Origin: Octopus sinensis | Taxonomy: Eukaryota | Direction of reading: 5' to 3' | Length of the DNA: 64,000 bases | Assembly: GCF_006345805.1 (NCBI RefSeq) | Contig: NC_043012.1 | Span: forward strand, 15,500,001 to 15,564,000 | Shown: positions 41,149 to 53,285 of the stretch, in pieces | Numbering within the stretch: position 1 is the first letter of the stretch | Layout: each line of letters starts with the position of its first letter | Position numbers and translations under genes: made by a program | The notes under the pieces: generated by a model | What the model saw: the letters and a program-made list of their open reading frames with translations, nothing else | Told to the model about the DNA's origin: nothing | Database searches by the model: none

Positions 41149-41553
41149 GTGAAAGACTACGGCTACAGTACATTGGTGCCTGGAAGAAAGGTACGCGATG
41201 TCATGAAACGGAAAGCCGCTACGACTAAGGAGAAGCCTAAGCAAATCGTTATAGAATGCACCAAAGGATGCAATAACATCGTAAGTGCGATGTTACCCAA
41301 TGCGGAAGGCTGCAAGCAGACGACACGTAAGCAACGGCCCATACCACTCGATCCTCGACGACTTCGCGAACTGGGGGAATTGCCCGACGAATATAAAATG
41401 ACAACACGCGGAGAACACTTCTTGCTACACGATAATGGCCCAAACTGCGATGACAGAATCCATTCTTTTGCAACTGAACAAGGAATCCGGGAACTGGCAA
41501 GAGCCTACCATAAGTTCATGGACGGCAATTTCGCGATGGTATTTTCTCCCTAG
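41149..41553 (+). mobile_element. MULE (Mutator-like) transposase fragment
   Basis: LPDEYKMTTRGEHFLLHDNG...DRIHSFATEQGIRELA...FMDGNF matches the region up to the first catalytic Asp (MDGTF). Confidence 0.82.
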
Positions 41554-41852
41554 TCTATGTAATATGTCTCCCACCTGGAAACAACTACGTAACTTCGGTA
41601 TATATATATATATATTGAGTATTATCTGGTAATTGATATTTGATTTGGATGTATTTCTCCATTTTCTTATCTTGTATATATAAGTGTATATATTAGGAGT
41701 TAATAATATATATCAGAAATAATAGAAGAGAAGTAATCAAGATGAGTAATTTTCTTAGATTTAGTAGATGGTGATTTGTTATTAATGAATCAAATTTAAA
41801 AAATCTCTTAGACATAATATTTACTACCCGCGGAGGAAACCTAATCAACTAA

Positions 41853-42495
41853 GTAAAAATATCAAGGGTCAATAATATATATTAAAAAATGGAAATGAGG
41901 CAATCGTGATGAACCGAGTAATTTCTTTAGATACATAGAATTTTTTTCCTATTTAAAAAGATTACCAAAAAAAAAAGGGAGAATTTAATTCTATAAATGC
42001 AATGAAGTTTCCTATGGGAACTGAAAGAAAAGAATATAAAATTTAACCTGAAATGGGATATAATAAGAAATTCGCAGCCTTATAAAAATAGCAGAGATGG
42101 TTGTGAACTTTGTTCTATGGAAACATGAAATTTTAAAACATAGGAATAATACAAACTTGTTAAATAACTGTTCTGAACTAGGAGATCTTGCATACATCGT
42201 ACAACCCGTACGTTTAAATATTTTAAATAATAATATTCTGACCATTCCTAAATTTTCAAATTCTAATTCTTTATAACGAAATAAGAATGAATATACTATA
42301 CTAGCTTTTAATTCAACATGCATAGATTACTAGGAAACTTCATTGCATTTATAGAATTAAATTCTCTTTTTTTTTTTGGTAATCTCCTATATTAAATAGG
42401 AAAAAAATTCTATGTATCTAAAGAAATTACTCGGTTCGTCACGATTACCTCAATTCCATTTTTTAATATATATTATTGACCCCTGATATTTTTAC
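41853..42495 (+). mobile_element. Penelope-like 3' fragment (C-terminal CxxC region) with an inverted copy of its 3' UTR on the 5' side
   Basis: 42014-42230 translates WELKEKNIKFNLKWDIIRNSQPYKNSRDGCELCSME...LLNNCSEL. Arms 41853-42014 and 42331-42495 are ~90% reverse complements. Confidence 0.72.
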
Positions 42496-42559
42496 AATAT
42501 CTGCCGAAGTCTGTCAACAACAATATCATCATCATCATCACCACCACCACATAATTGGA

Positions 42560-43118
42560 GTGGATAGTATGTTTTCGGGGATTGTTGTTGCTTAATAGAT
42601 TGTTACTTAACTTGATCATTTCTTCGTGGTGTGTATCAAGATCGCTACTTATATTCTTCGCTCTATGTTTTAGGAACTGAGCCATCCCTCTCTTTACACT
42701 GTATGGATGGTGGGAATTGAAGTTGAGGTATCGTCCAGTGAAGGTTGCTTGCGGTATTTGGATGTCCTGAATCCATACTTGGTGCGTGTTATTAATACAT
42801 CCAAGAATGCTAGCTGATTGTCTTTTCCCTTTTCCATTGTGAACTGTATGGATGGCTTTATTGAGTTCAAATGATCTAACAACACTTGGACATCTTCCTG
42901 GTGGGGCCAGAGTATAAAGGTGTCATTAACATATCACAGCCATAGGGTTGGTTTTAGTGGTGTTGATCCTAAGGCCAAATTCTCAAAGTATTCCATGTAT
43001 AAATTGGCTATTATCGGTGATAATGGCGAACCCTTAGCTAAACCCTTTTCTTGTCGATATATATCATATATATCAGTGTCCATTCTGAAGTAGGTAGTTT
43101 CTACACATAATTGCCCAC
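42560..43118 (-). mobile_element. Penelope-like RT fragment
   Basis: Minus strand QEKGLAKGSPLSPIIANLYME...PTLWL*YVNDTFILW...HLNSIKPSIQFTME...LAFLDVLI...YRK. Confidence 0.88.
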
Positions 43119-43196
43119 GGGTATATGGCGTAGTGGTTAAGAGTGCAAGCTACTAACCCCAAGACTCCGAGTTCGATTCCAGGCTGTGAGTTGAAC

Positions 43197-43229
<33 letters not shown>

Positions 43230-43599
43230 CTGACAACAAGGTATGCAATAAGGAAGAAAGAAAAGTCGATAGATATGACAAGTTAGCTTGGGAGGTTAAG
43301 CGGTTGTGGTCGATGAAAAAGGTGGTAGTAGTACCAAAAATGGTCGGAGCCCTGGGAACAGTGAGTTAAAATCTTGAGAAGTACATGGAACAAACAGGAG
43401 CTGCAATAAGGGTGGAGTACTTGCAGAAAACAGCACTGCTTGGAACCGCTCGTATACTCCGGAAGGTGCTTGAAAAATAAGAGGTGTTTCCTTAGTTCAG
43501 TGGTGGCAAACAGCTGACACCGTAGTACATCTCCAGCATTAGATGCTGTGCAAAGCAATAACAACAACAACAGCAATAATAATAATAATAATAATAATA

Positions 43600-43635
<36 letters not shown>

Positions 43636-43656
43636 CAACAACAACAACAACAACAA
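43230..43656 (+). mobile_element. 5'-truncated R4/Dong-clade LINE 3' end with (AAT)n/(AAC)n tail
   Basis: DNKVCNKEERKVDRYDKLAWEVKRLW.MKKVVVVP..VGALGTV...LQKTALLGTARILRKVLEK* (stop 43478-43480); AAT repeats on both sides. Confidence 0.88.
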
Positions 43657-43703
43657 CGGAAAAATACCTTAGGAATTAGAACTCAGGTTCGAAATTCCCC
43701 CAG

Positions 43704-43749
43704 GACACCTGATAAAGGCTGGAGAGTACATCAGCCGAAACGTTGTGTT
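43704..43749 (+). ncRNA. Minimal type-I hammerhead-ribozyme-like motif (G8->A in this copy)
   Basis: GACAC-CTGATAA-A-GGCTG(GAGAGTACAT)CAGCC-GAAA-CGT-T-GTGTT: stem I GACAC/GTGTT, 5-bp stem II, ACGT palindromic stem III, GUU triplet. Confidence 0.65.
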
Positions 43750-43829
43750 AACAACAAACTTGAGGACAAATATCCGTCAAATGTAAATAATGTAAACAAA
43801 GTACATAATTCCTCATTTCTCAAATACTG

Positions 43830-44760
43830 TACTTTCATAAGTTGTTTGAAAGTTTTTTTCTCATAGTATGCTTTGAAGTTAGCTATCACATCTTGATCCA
43901 TTGGCTAAAGCAAAGAAGTTATATTATTGGTGATATATTCTACTCTCACATTTTTAGAAAGATCATCTGTAATTGTTGGGTATCCCGGTGCATTGTCTAA
44001 AAGAATCAATGCTTTGTTGAAAACATGGCAGACTACCTTTCTACGACAGGACCAAAAATGTTTGTAAATTACTCTGAAAAGGCCCTTTGTTATCCATGAC
44101 TTCTTATTTGAACGCCACATCAGAGGTAAATTAAACTTTGTGTAACTTTTGAAAGCTCTTGAATTTTCGGAGTGATACACATACAGGGCTTTAACTACGT
44201 ATCATTGGCGGCGTTTCTTCTTAAAAGAAGCGTCAGATAAATTTTGGAAGCTTTACATCCTAGAACTGATTTTTCTTCTCGAGAAATAAAAGTTCTAGTA
44301 TCGTATGCTTCCAGAAAAGTGCAATCTCAACAACATTGTATACTTGCTCTGGTATGTATCCCCCTTAAGCAATCATTGTCTTCAACTGCTCAGGACAATT
44401 AGTATCAGCCTCTATATCAGCGCTAGCATTTTCTCCGGTCATTTTTATGTTGTGCAACTTCATGCACTTCTTAAACCTTTCAAACCAGTCTTTACTAGCT
44501 AAAAAGGACTTTTCATTAGAAGTTTCACATGCCTTTTTCTGTAAATGGTCATATAAGCCTTTGGCTTCTAGTGAACTTCATTTAGGCATAGGGTAGATTC
44601 GAACCTGAGTCTGCCAGTTTCCCTTAGCTTTGCAACAGCACTTTTCCCACAGAGAAACAATAAGTTGACAGCAATAAAATGAACACATGGCTTTTGCAAA
44701 GTTATGTCTTTGCCACTTGACTCTTCTAACCACTTCTAAGCCATGAAAAGTTAGAATTGA
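43830..44760 (-). mobile_element. Tigger/pogo transposase remnant (related to 29520-30560)
   Basis: YHSENSRAFK...LPLMWRSNKKSWIT..LF...KALILLDNAPGYP...PMDQ.VIANFKAYY; shares TTTTCTTCTCGAGAAATAAAAGTTCTA with the first copy. Confidence 0.85.
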
Positions 44761-45222
44761 GATAACAGAACCCCCAACGAAATCTATTGTTCTCAACAAT
44801 ATGTCTCTGCTTCTGACTGGTTTTGTATAGTTATAAATACTAGAATTCCGTAAGCCAAAATAAATTAGTGAACGAAAGCAACAAAAGCTGGCCGGCCACA
44901 AGCAGACAACCACTTGAGACAAACGGCCAGAAGAAGGAGAAGGAAACAATTATGAGAGACTCACAATTTCCATCGACTCTCTGACTTTCACTGACTCACT
45001 TTCTTTTCTCTACAATTTATCGTTACAAGTAGCGACCACTAAATCCACCTTAACCAACCGTTATAGGCTTCTTTTTGTTTCTTTTTCAAAACTACCATTG
45101 CTTCTCGGCACATTCCACCGATTCTAACCCTCGATCGATTTACTTAAAAGTCCGTTCCATTTTCAGCATTACATTAGTTCTATGGAAAAATAAGGTCCGG
45201 GCAATTAATGGAGTAACTTTTT

Positions 45223-45274
<52 letters not shown>

Positions 45275-45552
45275 ACACACACACACACACAAGATTACTT
45301 ACAGAAGGTGGCAGATCAGATCTGTGGCTTGTGCAAGAATTCTACCAAAAAGATGTGACAATATTCTTTGTTCATCTGGTAGATGAACTTGCAGTCTAAC
45401 TATTGCAGGTCCTCTTTCGTGAATCGAAAATCCTTAAATAGATGCATCCGCTTCGGATGGTCCATTATACCTACCCATTAGATATTAACTAATATTTGGT
45501 TTATCATTGTTATTTGAATAGCAGCTTGGTCATTTCCTTTCAGTGTGTACCT

Positions 45553-45780
45553 ATTTCTTTATTACCCACAAGGGGCTAAACATAGAGGGGACAAACAAGG
45601 ACAGACATAGGTATTAAGTCGATTACATCGACCCCAGTGCGTAACTAGTACTTAATTTATCGACCCCGAAAGGATGAAAGGCAAAGTCGACCTCGGCGGA
45701 ATTTGAACTCACAACGTAACGACAGACGAAATACGGCTACGCATTTCGCCCAGCGTGCTAACGTTTCTGCCAGCTCGCCG
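45553..45780 (-). mobile_element. Nin/Deu-domain SINE (monomer) with 17-bp TSD
   Basis: TSD CCTTTCAGTGTGTACCT at 45536-45552 and 45781-45797. Confidence 0.93.
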
Positions 45781-46313
45781 CCTTTCAGTGTGTACCTGAT
45801 GACATACTTAATTTACCTCACTGAGGCAACGATTTCAACGTTGCAGTGGCATTTGAATGCTCTTAAAAGAGTTTCGTTATAAGGTACAACCCATTTGTTG
45901 TTGATTGTTTTTGTATTCTTATAAGATTCAACTCCTCCAATTGCTACTGATCTTCGTCTATAAGAAGAATCTCTCCGTCTGTTTTTTCTGCCTTTTGGTT
46001 AAGATGATAAAGATTGATATTTTGTTTTAAATGAAATAGTAATTTTCCCTTTTAAGAAAAAAATAAAACAGAAACAAAAACAGGTACCCGTAATTCAAAA
46101 AATATCTCAAAAATATAGGGAGAATTTCTATCTGTCACTCCACAGCATTCGGGAGTTGTATAAATGATTAAGGGAAGAAAAAAGAAGTAAGGAAAAGGGA
46201 CGAACGGACGGCGGTAGCTGCCACGACTCTTTGAAGTGTCGACATTTTCAAGTTCATTTCTTTTTCTTAAAGTGGGAATTGACTATTCTATTTGTAATCT
46301 TTATCATCTTAAT

Positions 46314-46376
<63 letters not shown>

Positions 46377-46412
46377 TAATATATATATAATATCTATTAT
46401 ATATATATATGG

Positions 46413-46639
46413 TTTACTCTTTATTTTATTAAACTTTTAATACTTTTGATATATATTTAAAATAATATAAATTAATAATTTTATGTATTGCTTATGTTTT
46501 TCATTGTTTGATTTGCCTAATAGTGGTTTTATCTCTAATTTAATATAATATAATATAATATATTTATACTATAAAATTGGATTTAATCCTAAATCTGATT
46601 TGTCCCTGTAAGTTTGGATTTATTCCCTAATATTTTATA

Positions 46640-46694
<55 letters not shown>

Positions 46695-46827
46695 TGTTAT
46701 AATATATATATATAATATTATATATATAGATATATATATATATATATATGTATATATATTATATATATATATTAATAGATATATGTATTATATATATATA
46801 TATTATATTATATATATATATATATAT

Positions 46828-46864
<37 letters not shown>

Positions 46865-47088
46865 TTACTCTTTATCTTTTATTAAACTTTTAATACTTTT
46901 GATATATATTTAAAATAATATAAATTAATTAATTTTATGTATTTGCTTATGTTTTTCATTGTTTGATTTGCCTAATAGTGGTTTTATCTCTAATTTAATA
47001 TATATAATATAATATATTTATACTATAAAATTGGATTTAATCCTAAATCTGATTTGTCCCTGTAAGTTTGGATTTATTCCCTAATATT

Positions 47089-47098
<10 letters not shown>
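46413..47098. repeat. ~232-bp AT-rich direct duplication (period ~451) embedded in (TA)n
   Basis: 46413-46644 repeated at 46864-47098, differing mostly by 1-2-nt indels. Confidence 0.9.
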
Positions 47099-47148
<50 letters not shown>

Positions 47149-47152
47149 GTAT

Positions 47153-47278
<126 letters not shown>

Positions 47279-47702
47279 CCACGTGTATGTATATATATTT
47301 ATATAATATGTATGTGTATTATGTATGTATGTATGTATGTATGTATGTATGTATGTATGTGTGTGTGTGTGTGCGCGCGTGCGTGCGTGTGTGTAATAAA
47401 ATATGAATTAACACACAACTGCTCATACTTCCAAGCCAATCATAAACCACAAACAATTTGGAAATACATCATAAATGTAAGGGAGGTTACTATTCTCGCC
47501 TCTTTTCCTATCTGCAACTTAAGCAGTCAATATCTTAACGTCATAAAATTTTTTTTTTTTAAACAGAATCTTCTGGTCTCGTTATTTGAGGGTCAGTTGT
47601 TCTCATTATGATATTTGCACGTTCGCATCACTGAAGATTGGGAGTTTAATTGATTACTTTTACGCTACATTTAAAATAATAGACGTCTACGTTTAAAATA
47701 AT

Positions 47703-48050
47703 AGGCGCAGGTGTGGCTGTGTGGTAAGTAGCTTGCTAACCAACCACATGGTTCCGGGTTCAGTCCCACTGCGTGGCATCTTGGGCAAGTGTCTTCTGCT
47801 ATAGCCCCGGGCCGACCAATGCCTTGTGAGTGGATCTGGTAGACGGAAACTGAAAGAAGCCTGTCGTATATATGTATATATATGTATGTGTGTGTGTGTG
47901 TGTTTGTCCCCCTAGCATTGCTTGACAACCGATGCTGGTGTGCTTATGTCCCCGTTACTTGGCGGTTCGGCAAAAGAGACCGATAGAATAAGTACTAAAG
48001 GCGGTGCTCCAGCATGGCCGCAGTCAAATGACTGAAACAAGTAAAAGAGT
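47703..48050 (+). mobile_element. tRNA-derived CORE-like SINE
   Basis: Near full-length family member. Confidence 0.9.
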
Positions 48051-48071
48051 CTGTTAATATTTGGTGGTTTT

Positions 48072-48469
48072 AAGGCGGCGAGCTGGCAGAAACGTCAGCA
48101 TGCCGGTCGAAATGCTTCGCGGTATTTCGTCCGCCGTTACGTTCTGAGTTCAAATTCCGCCGAGGTCGACTTTGCCTTTCATCCTTTCGGGGTCGATAAA
48201 TTAAGTACCAGTTACGCACTGGGGTCGATATAATCGACTTAATCCGTTTGTCTGTCCTTGTTTGTCCCTTCTGAGTTTAGCCCCTTGTGGGTAGTAAAGA
48301 AATAGGTATTTCGTCTACCGTTACGTTGTACGTTCAAATTCCACCGAGGTCGACTTTGCCTTTCATCCTTTCGGGAACGATAAATTAAGTACCAGTTGCG
48401 TACTGGGGTCGATCTAATCGATTAGCCCATCCCCCGAAAATTTCGGGTCTTGTGCCTAAATTAGAAACG
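48072..48469 (+). mobile_element. Dimeric Nin/Deu-domain SINE with 15-bp TSD
   Basis: Same two-part structure as 16-416 (restart at 48305); TSD AATATTTGGTGGTTT at 48056-48070 and 48470-48484. Older decayed copies follow to ~48815. Confidence 0.88.
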
Positions 48470-49299
48470 AATATTTGGTGGTTTAAAAATGCGGCGAGCT
48501 GGTAGAACCGTTAGCACAGTGGGCTCGATGTAATCGACTTACCGACTCTCCTGAAATTGCTGGCCTTTTGTCAAAATGTGAAACCAATATTCAATGGTCT
48601 AAAGAAGGTAGCAAGCAGGCAGAATTGTTAGCACAACAGGCAAAATGTTTAGCAGCATTTCGTGCGCCTTACGTTCTGAATTTAGATTCCGCCCTGTGTG
48701 ACTTTGTCTTTCATTTTTTGGGGGTCGATAAAATAAGTACGCTGGGATCGATTTATCAATAATTGACTTATTTACTTCTCCGAAATTTCTGTCCTTGTAG
48801 CACAGTTTGAAACAAATATTTAATGGCTTAGACTGAAGAGAATCAGTAGTGTCGATGACCCTTTTGAAGGCCTCTGAGACAAATGAGAAGACAGGAGCAA
48901 GTCATTCTTAGATCGGAATGCTGGTTTCAATACTTGCAATGAAGTGAACACACCAAAAGATAGCGACGAACATCCTGCCTGGCGTAAAAATTTAAAATAC
49001 GCCATGTACTGCTGCTTATCTCCCTTGTTGTTTACAGATCATTTATTCGTTCGAAGTTCATCATTGAAACTTCAAAACTCGGTGTTTTCTTGCTATATGC
49101 AGTTCTCAAAACGACAGAACGATCTTATTTATTTATTCATTTATTTATTTATTCATTTGTTTATTGATTTATTCGGTCTGTAAGTTGTTTCGTCCATATT
49201 TAATCTTTGTTAGTAATTGTAATATAGGGGAGATAACTATCGATTTCTGTGTAATTCAGATTGCGCAATGAAAAACTCACACATACTCGCGCGCGCACA

Positions 49300-49453
49300 C
49301 ACACACACACATATCTATCTATCCATCCATCCACCCATCCATCCATCCATCCATCCATCCACCCACCCATCCATCCATCCATCCATCCATCCATCCATCC
49401 ATCCACCCATCCATCCATTCATCCATCCACCCACCTACCCACCTGTCCGTCCG

Positions 49454-49487
<34 letters not shown>

Positions 49488-49488
49488 G

Positions 49489-49570
<82 letters not shown>
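49300..49570. repeat. Compound (CA)n(TCCA)n(TCTA)n microsatellite
   Basis: Direct reading. Confidence 0.96.
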
Positions 49571-52500
49571 ACAAAGTCATCAACAAGAAAACAAGACGAC
49601 CAGAAAATGCACCGCAGGAAAAAATTGAAAAATGCCTTCGTCCTGCATGGGACTCTAAGGAGTATATCAGTTGGGTAAATAAATTTGGTACAGTCCAAGT
49701 ACGTTTTTTCAACGAAAATTTAGCAAAACGATTTTCCACATTGGAGCTGCATTCAGACGACTTGGTAATGATACCAATCTATTTAAACCAGAGAGTGACA
49801 AAAGACCAAATAAAAAAATGTACCACATGAAGTCGAAATACAATGGTTAGTCTCTGCCATCTGCTTTGAAATGGCAGAGACAAACATCCTTGAAATCGCT
49901 GTTCTAGGACAGAAAGACTGGGTGGGAAAATCAATCCAATTCCTTCTTCAGTTGGATGAAACAACAAGAGAAAAGATACCCACCACTATAGAACTGCCAG
50001 AAGGCTACAAACTTTATGTAGTGGTAGAGGGCAGGCGACCACGTTGCTATTTGTGTGGAAGCGAAACACACTTGAAAAAGACGTGCCCAACCACTGCACA
50101 CCAAGAGCGACAACAACCACTACCACAACCAAAGCACTCCGAGAAAAAATCTCTACTACCCACACCACCATCAACACAAAAGACGACAAGAGAAGCACAC
50201 CAAGCTAATCCGTCAACAGCCAAAAAATACTCAACACCTGAGAAAATATCAACACCACCAACAACAGCAAGAACCAAAGGAACAGAAAAACAAAGAAAAT
50301 ATACAAAAACTGATTCCCCATCCCTTATACCGCACTCACCACACACAAACACTCAACAACCAACAGCCACGAAAACAACAGCACAACCACTTACACAGAC
50401 ATACATAGAAGCCTACAACATACCCCTACCCCCTACTGATTCCTCAGAAAATTCGTCGGAAGACGAAACCAGTGAGGAATGGCAAATAGCTAGAAAAGGA
50501 AGGAAAATAAAGAGCAGAAACGCAACCAAATCAAATGCAAACACAAACAAAGCAGGGGGAAATACATCTCCCGAACACATTTCAAAACCCAACACAAACA
50601 ACAGCCACACCAACACCACAAAAATATATACAGCAAACATGCTTACAGCTATAGACACCAAAAACACAAATTTGATGAATACATCAAATCAAAAACAAAC
50701 ATAACAGAAGATGACATAAAAACAACAATCCCCCATACACAACACCACCAGACCACATCAAAATATTACACATCTCCAGAAGTCTGCACCACACACTCAA
50801 AGGCATTTTCCCCAGTGCGGTTGGTAAATGCCAAAAATATCTCACAAAGAAACTTTACTGGGATCTCCTCGAGGACAAACCAAAGGAAGAGAAAGCAAAA
50901 ACTTTCGAGCAGTAAGTAACCCTCTGTTCCTTTCACTTGTATTCTAATTCATTAGGATTATGATCAAGATTGGTTGTGTAAATGCGCGTGGCTTGGGGTC
51001 CCCTTGGAAACAAGGGTACCTCTTAAATGACATAAAGTCACACAAGTTAGAAATCATAGCCATAAGTGAGACTAGACTCCACAATCCGCGGGCCCTAAAG
51101 ACCATGTTTGGCGGACAGTTCAACGTTTATTTTCCCCCCTGTCTGCCAAGAATGGGCAGTAGTGGCACCGCGGTACTTTTTCGCAAGAGTCTGGATCTCA
51201 AAGTAAAGACAATATTCGTAGACCCGGAGGGTAGACTGGTCGTCCTGGATGTCGACGGCAGCAATGGGTGCGCTTTTCGACTCGTATCAGTCTACGCACC
51301 GCCCTTAACAGGTCGGGCGGACTTCTTTCAACGTCTAGAAGTATTCTTGGGAACGTCTCGTCCTTTACTCTTAGTGGAGGATTGGAATGCTACCTTGGAC
51401 ACGCATGTAGACTACGTGGGCAGAGATAGGAATAGACGGGGATGCAAATGCCTCAGAGACCTGTTCAGACGCTTTCAACTGTCTGACAAGTTCCGACTAG
51501 ACCATCCGAATACGCCAACGTGGACATGGAACAACCGCATCGGGTCGTCGAGATCGTATCTAGATAGGATACTGTGTAGGACAGTAGATAGAGATAGCAT
51601 AGGATGTCCACAATTCCACATAGTCAGCTACACGGATCACAAACTTGTGACATGTACGCTAGACTTAGGTAAGACACTTAGGCAGGGTCCCGGATACTGG
51701 AAACTAAACGCGTCTTTCCCATCGAGACGGGTTTTCAGAGACCGGATTAGCACACTAGTAAAGAGGGCTTTGACGGGGGCCGTCAACAACAAATGGTGGT
51801 TTGCCCTCAAGAGAGCAAAAAAGCAGAAGCGAATAGGTACAGCAAAGCACTAGCCATCGATAGAAATAGAGTAGAGGGTGGGCTAGTTAAGAAGCTAGAA
51901 GAGGCAATTAGAAGCGGCATCGCATCCGACGTTTTGGCGGCGAGGTTGGCCCTCGACCGACACTTCAACGCCAAACACGAAGGGTGTGCTGTCAGAGCTA
52001 GGATGCGTACTCTAAGGAACGAAGGTGTTGGAGCCGCGGGAGAGGCCCGGGTGGCAGAGGCGCAACAGGGCAACAAATCCACCATTCGGTCTCCGGTAGA
52101 TGAACAGGGGCACGAATTGCTCGAGCCAAGTAAAATGTGTGAGGCCTTTCAACAGCATTTTGCCCGACTGTTCGGGACGAGTGGCGGGCAAGAACGTAGG
52201 GTGGACTTCAGTGCCTACCTACACAGCCTACCACGACTCTCGACAAGTGAGGCAGGGTGCTGCGAAGGTGCCATCACGGCGGCGGAATTGCAGGACGCGA
52301 TGGCAGAATGCTCGAGGGACAAATCGCCGGTTTTGGATGGTCTACCCTACGAGCTTTACAGTTGTATGCCAGACTTGTTTGGAGACGTCTTGGCGGGAGC
52401 ATTCCTGGTTTCGTGATCCGAGGAGCCGTAACACTGCTGAAGAAAGATCTAAACAAGGGAAATGAAATAGATAACTTTAGGCCCATCACTCTGCTTAATG

Positions 52501-52906
52501 CAGACTTGAAAATTTTGGCCAAGGTGTTAGCCAAGAGGTTGGCGCTTGTCATCGAGAAACTGGTCGACAAGGCGCAAACGTGCGCCGTGCCGGGCCGGAC
52601 CATCCATGACAACCTCCACCTGATGCGCTACATCATAGACAGGGTAGTTAACGAACCTGGCATGGGTGGGGCGGTGATCAATTTGGATCAATCGAAAGCT
52701 TTCGATAGGGTAGACCATCGATACTTGGAGGCTGTCCTCAGAGCGGCTGGCTTCGGTCCCGTCTTCCGCGGCTGGATAGCCGCTTTGTACAGAGGCATCC
52801 GTTCGGTAATTCGCGTAAATGGACATCTATCGAGACCTTTCGACATCGCACGTTCGGTCCGTCAGGGATGCCCCCTCTCGTCGCTTCTATACGTATTGAC
52901 TCTCGC
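49571..52906 (+). mobile_element. L1-group (Tx1-like) LINE: ORF1 with CCHC knuckle, ORF2 APE + N-terminal RT; 3'-truncated
   Basis: ORF1 knuckle CYLCGSETHLKKTC. ORF2 from 50960: CVNARGL, ISETR, VYAP, DWNATLD, YLDRI, TDHK, then NFRPITLLNADLKILAKVLAKRL, DQSKAFDRVDH, VRQGCPLSSLLYVL. Stops before YADD; several frameshifts. Confidence 0.92.
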
Positions 52907-53285
52907 ATAACGATCTGAAATACGATTAATGAACAACGAGCATACTACGCACGCATATCAGTCACCGGGAGCCCATTCGCCTAGTGAAGCGACATACGAA
53001 CAACGAACAACGTACAAGCATGTGTGATGTGGGAGTATAAACGAACGGTTCCATACAAGAAAATGTATAGTGTACGGCTTTTCTGAAGGAAGTTACATTC
53101 AACCAGCGAATCTGAAATTTGAACAACCACGAGTAAATTACACACGTATATCAATGACTGGGCGTGCTGCACAAACGCTTCGTTTATTTTCACGTATTCA
53201 TTTCATGTGCCTTATAAATTTTCATATTCTCTACAGAAAATAATATATTTTTTATATATTTTTGGTTAATAATTATTCCCGGTCA

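Larger units (their letters stand above)
43119..43830 (+). mobile_element. tRNA-headed SINE with internal (AAT/AAC)n and a hammerhead-bearing PLE-type tail, split by a Dong-like insert
   Basis: A box TGGCGTAGTGG 43126-43136, B box GTTCGATTCC 43171-43180, (AAT)n 43197-43229, tail resumes at 43657 and contains the hammerhead motif at 43704-43749. Confidence 0.7.

Noticed and set aside
43119-43196. Functional tRNA gene (also SINE heads at 27605, 47703, 48072)
   Set aside because: A and B boxes are present, but the cloverleaf stems are imperfect and the heads continue into SINE bodies.
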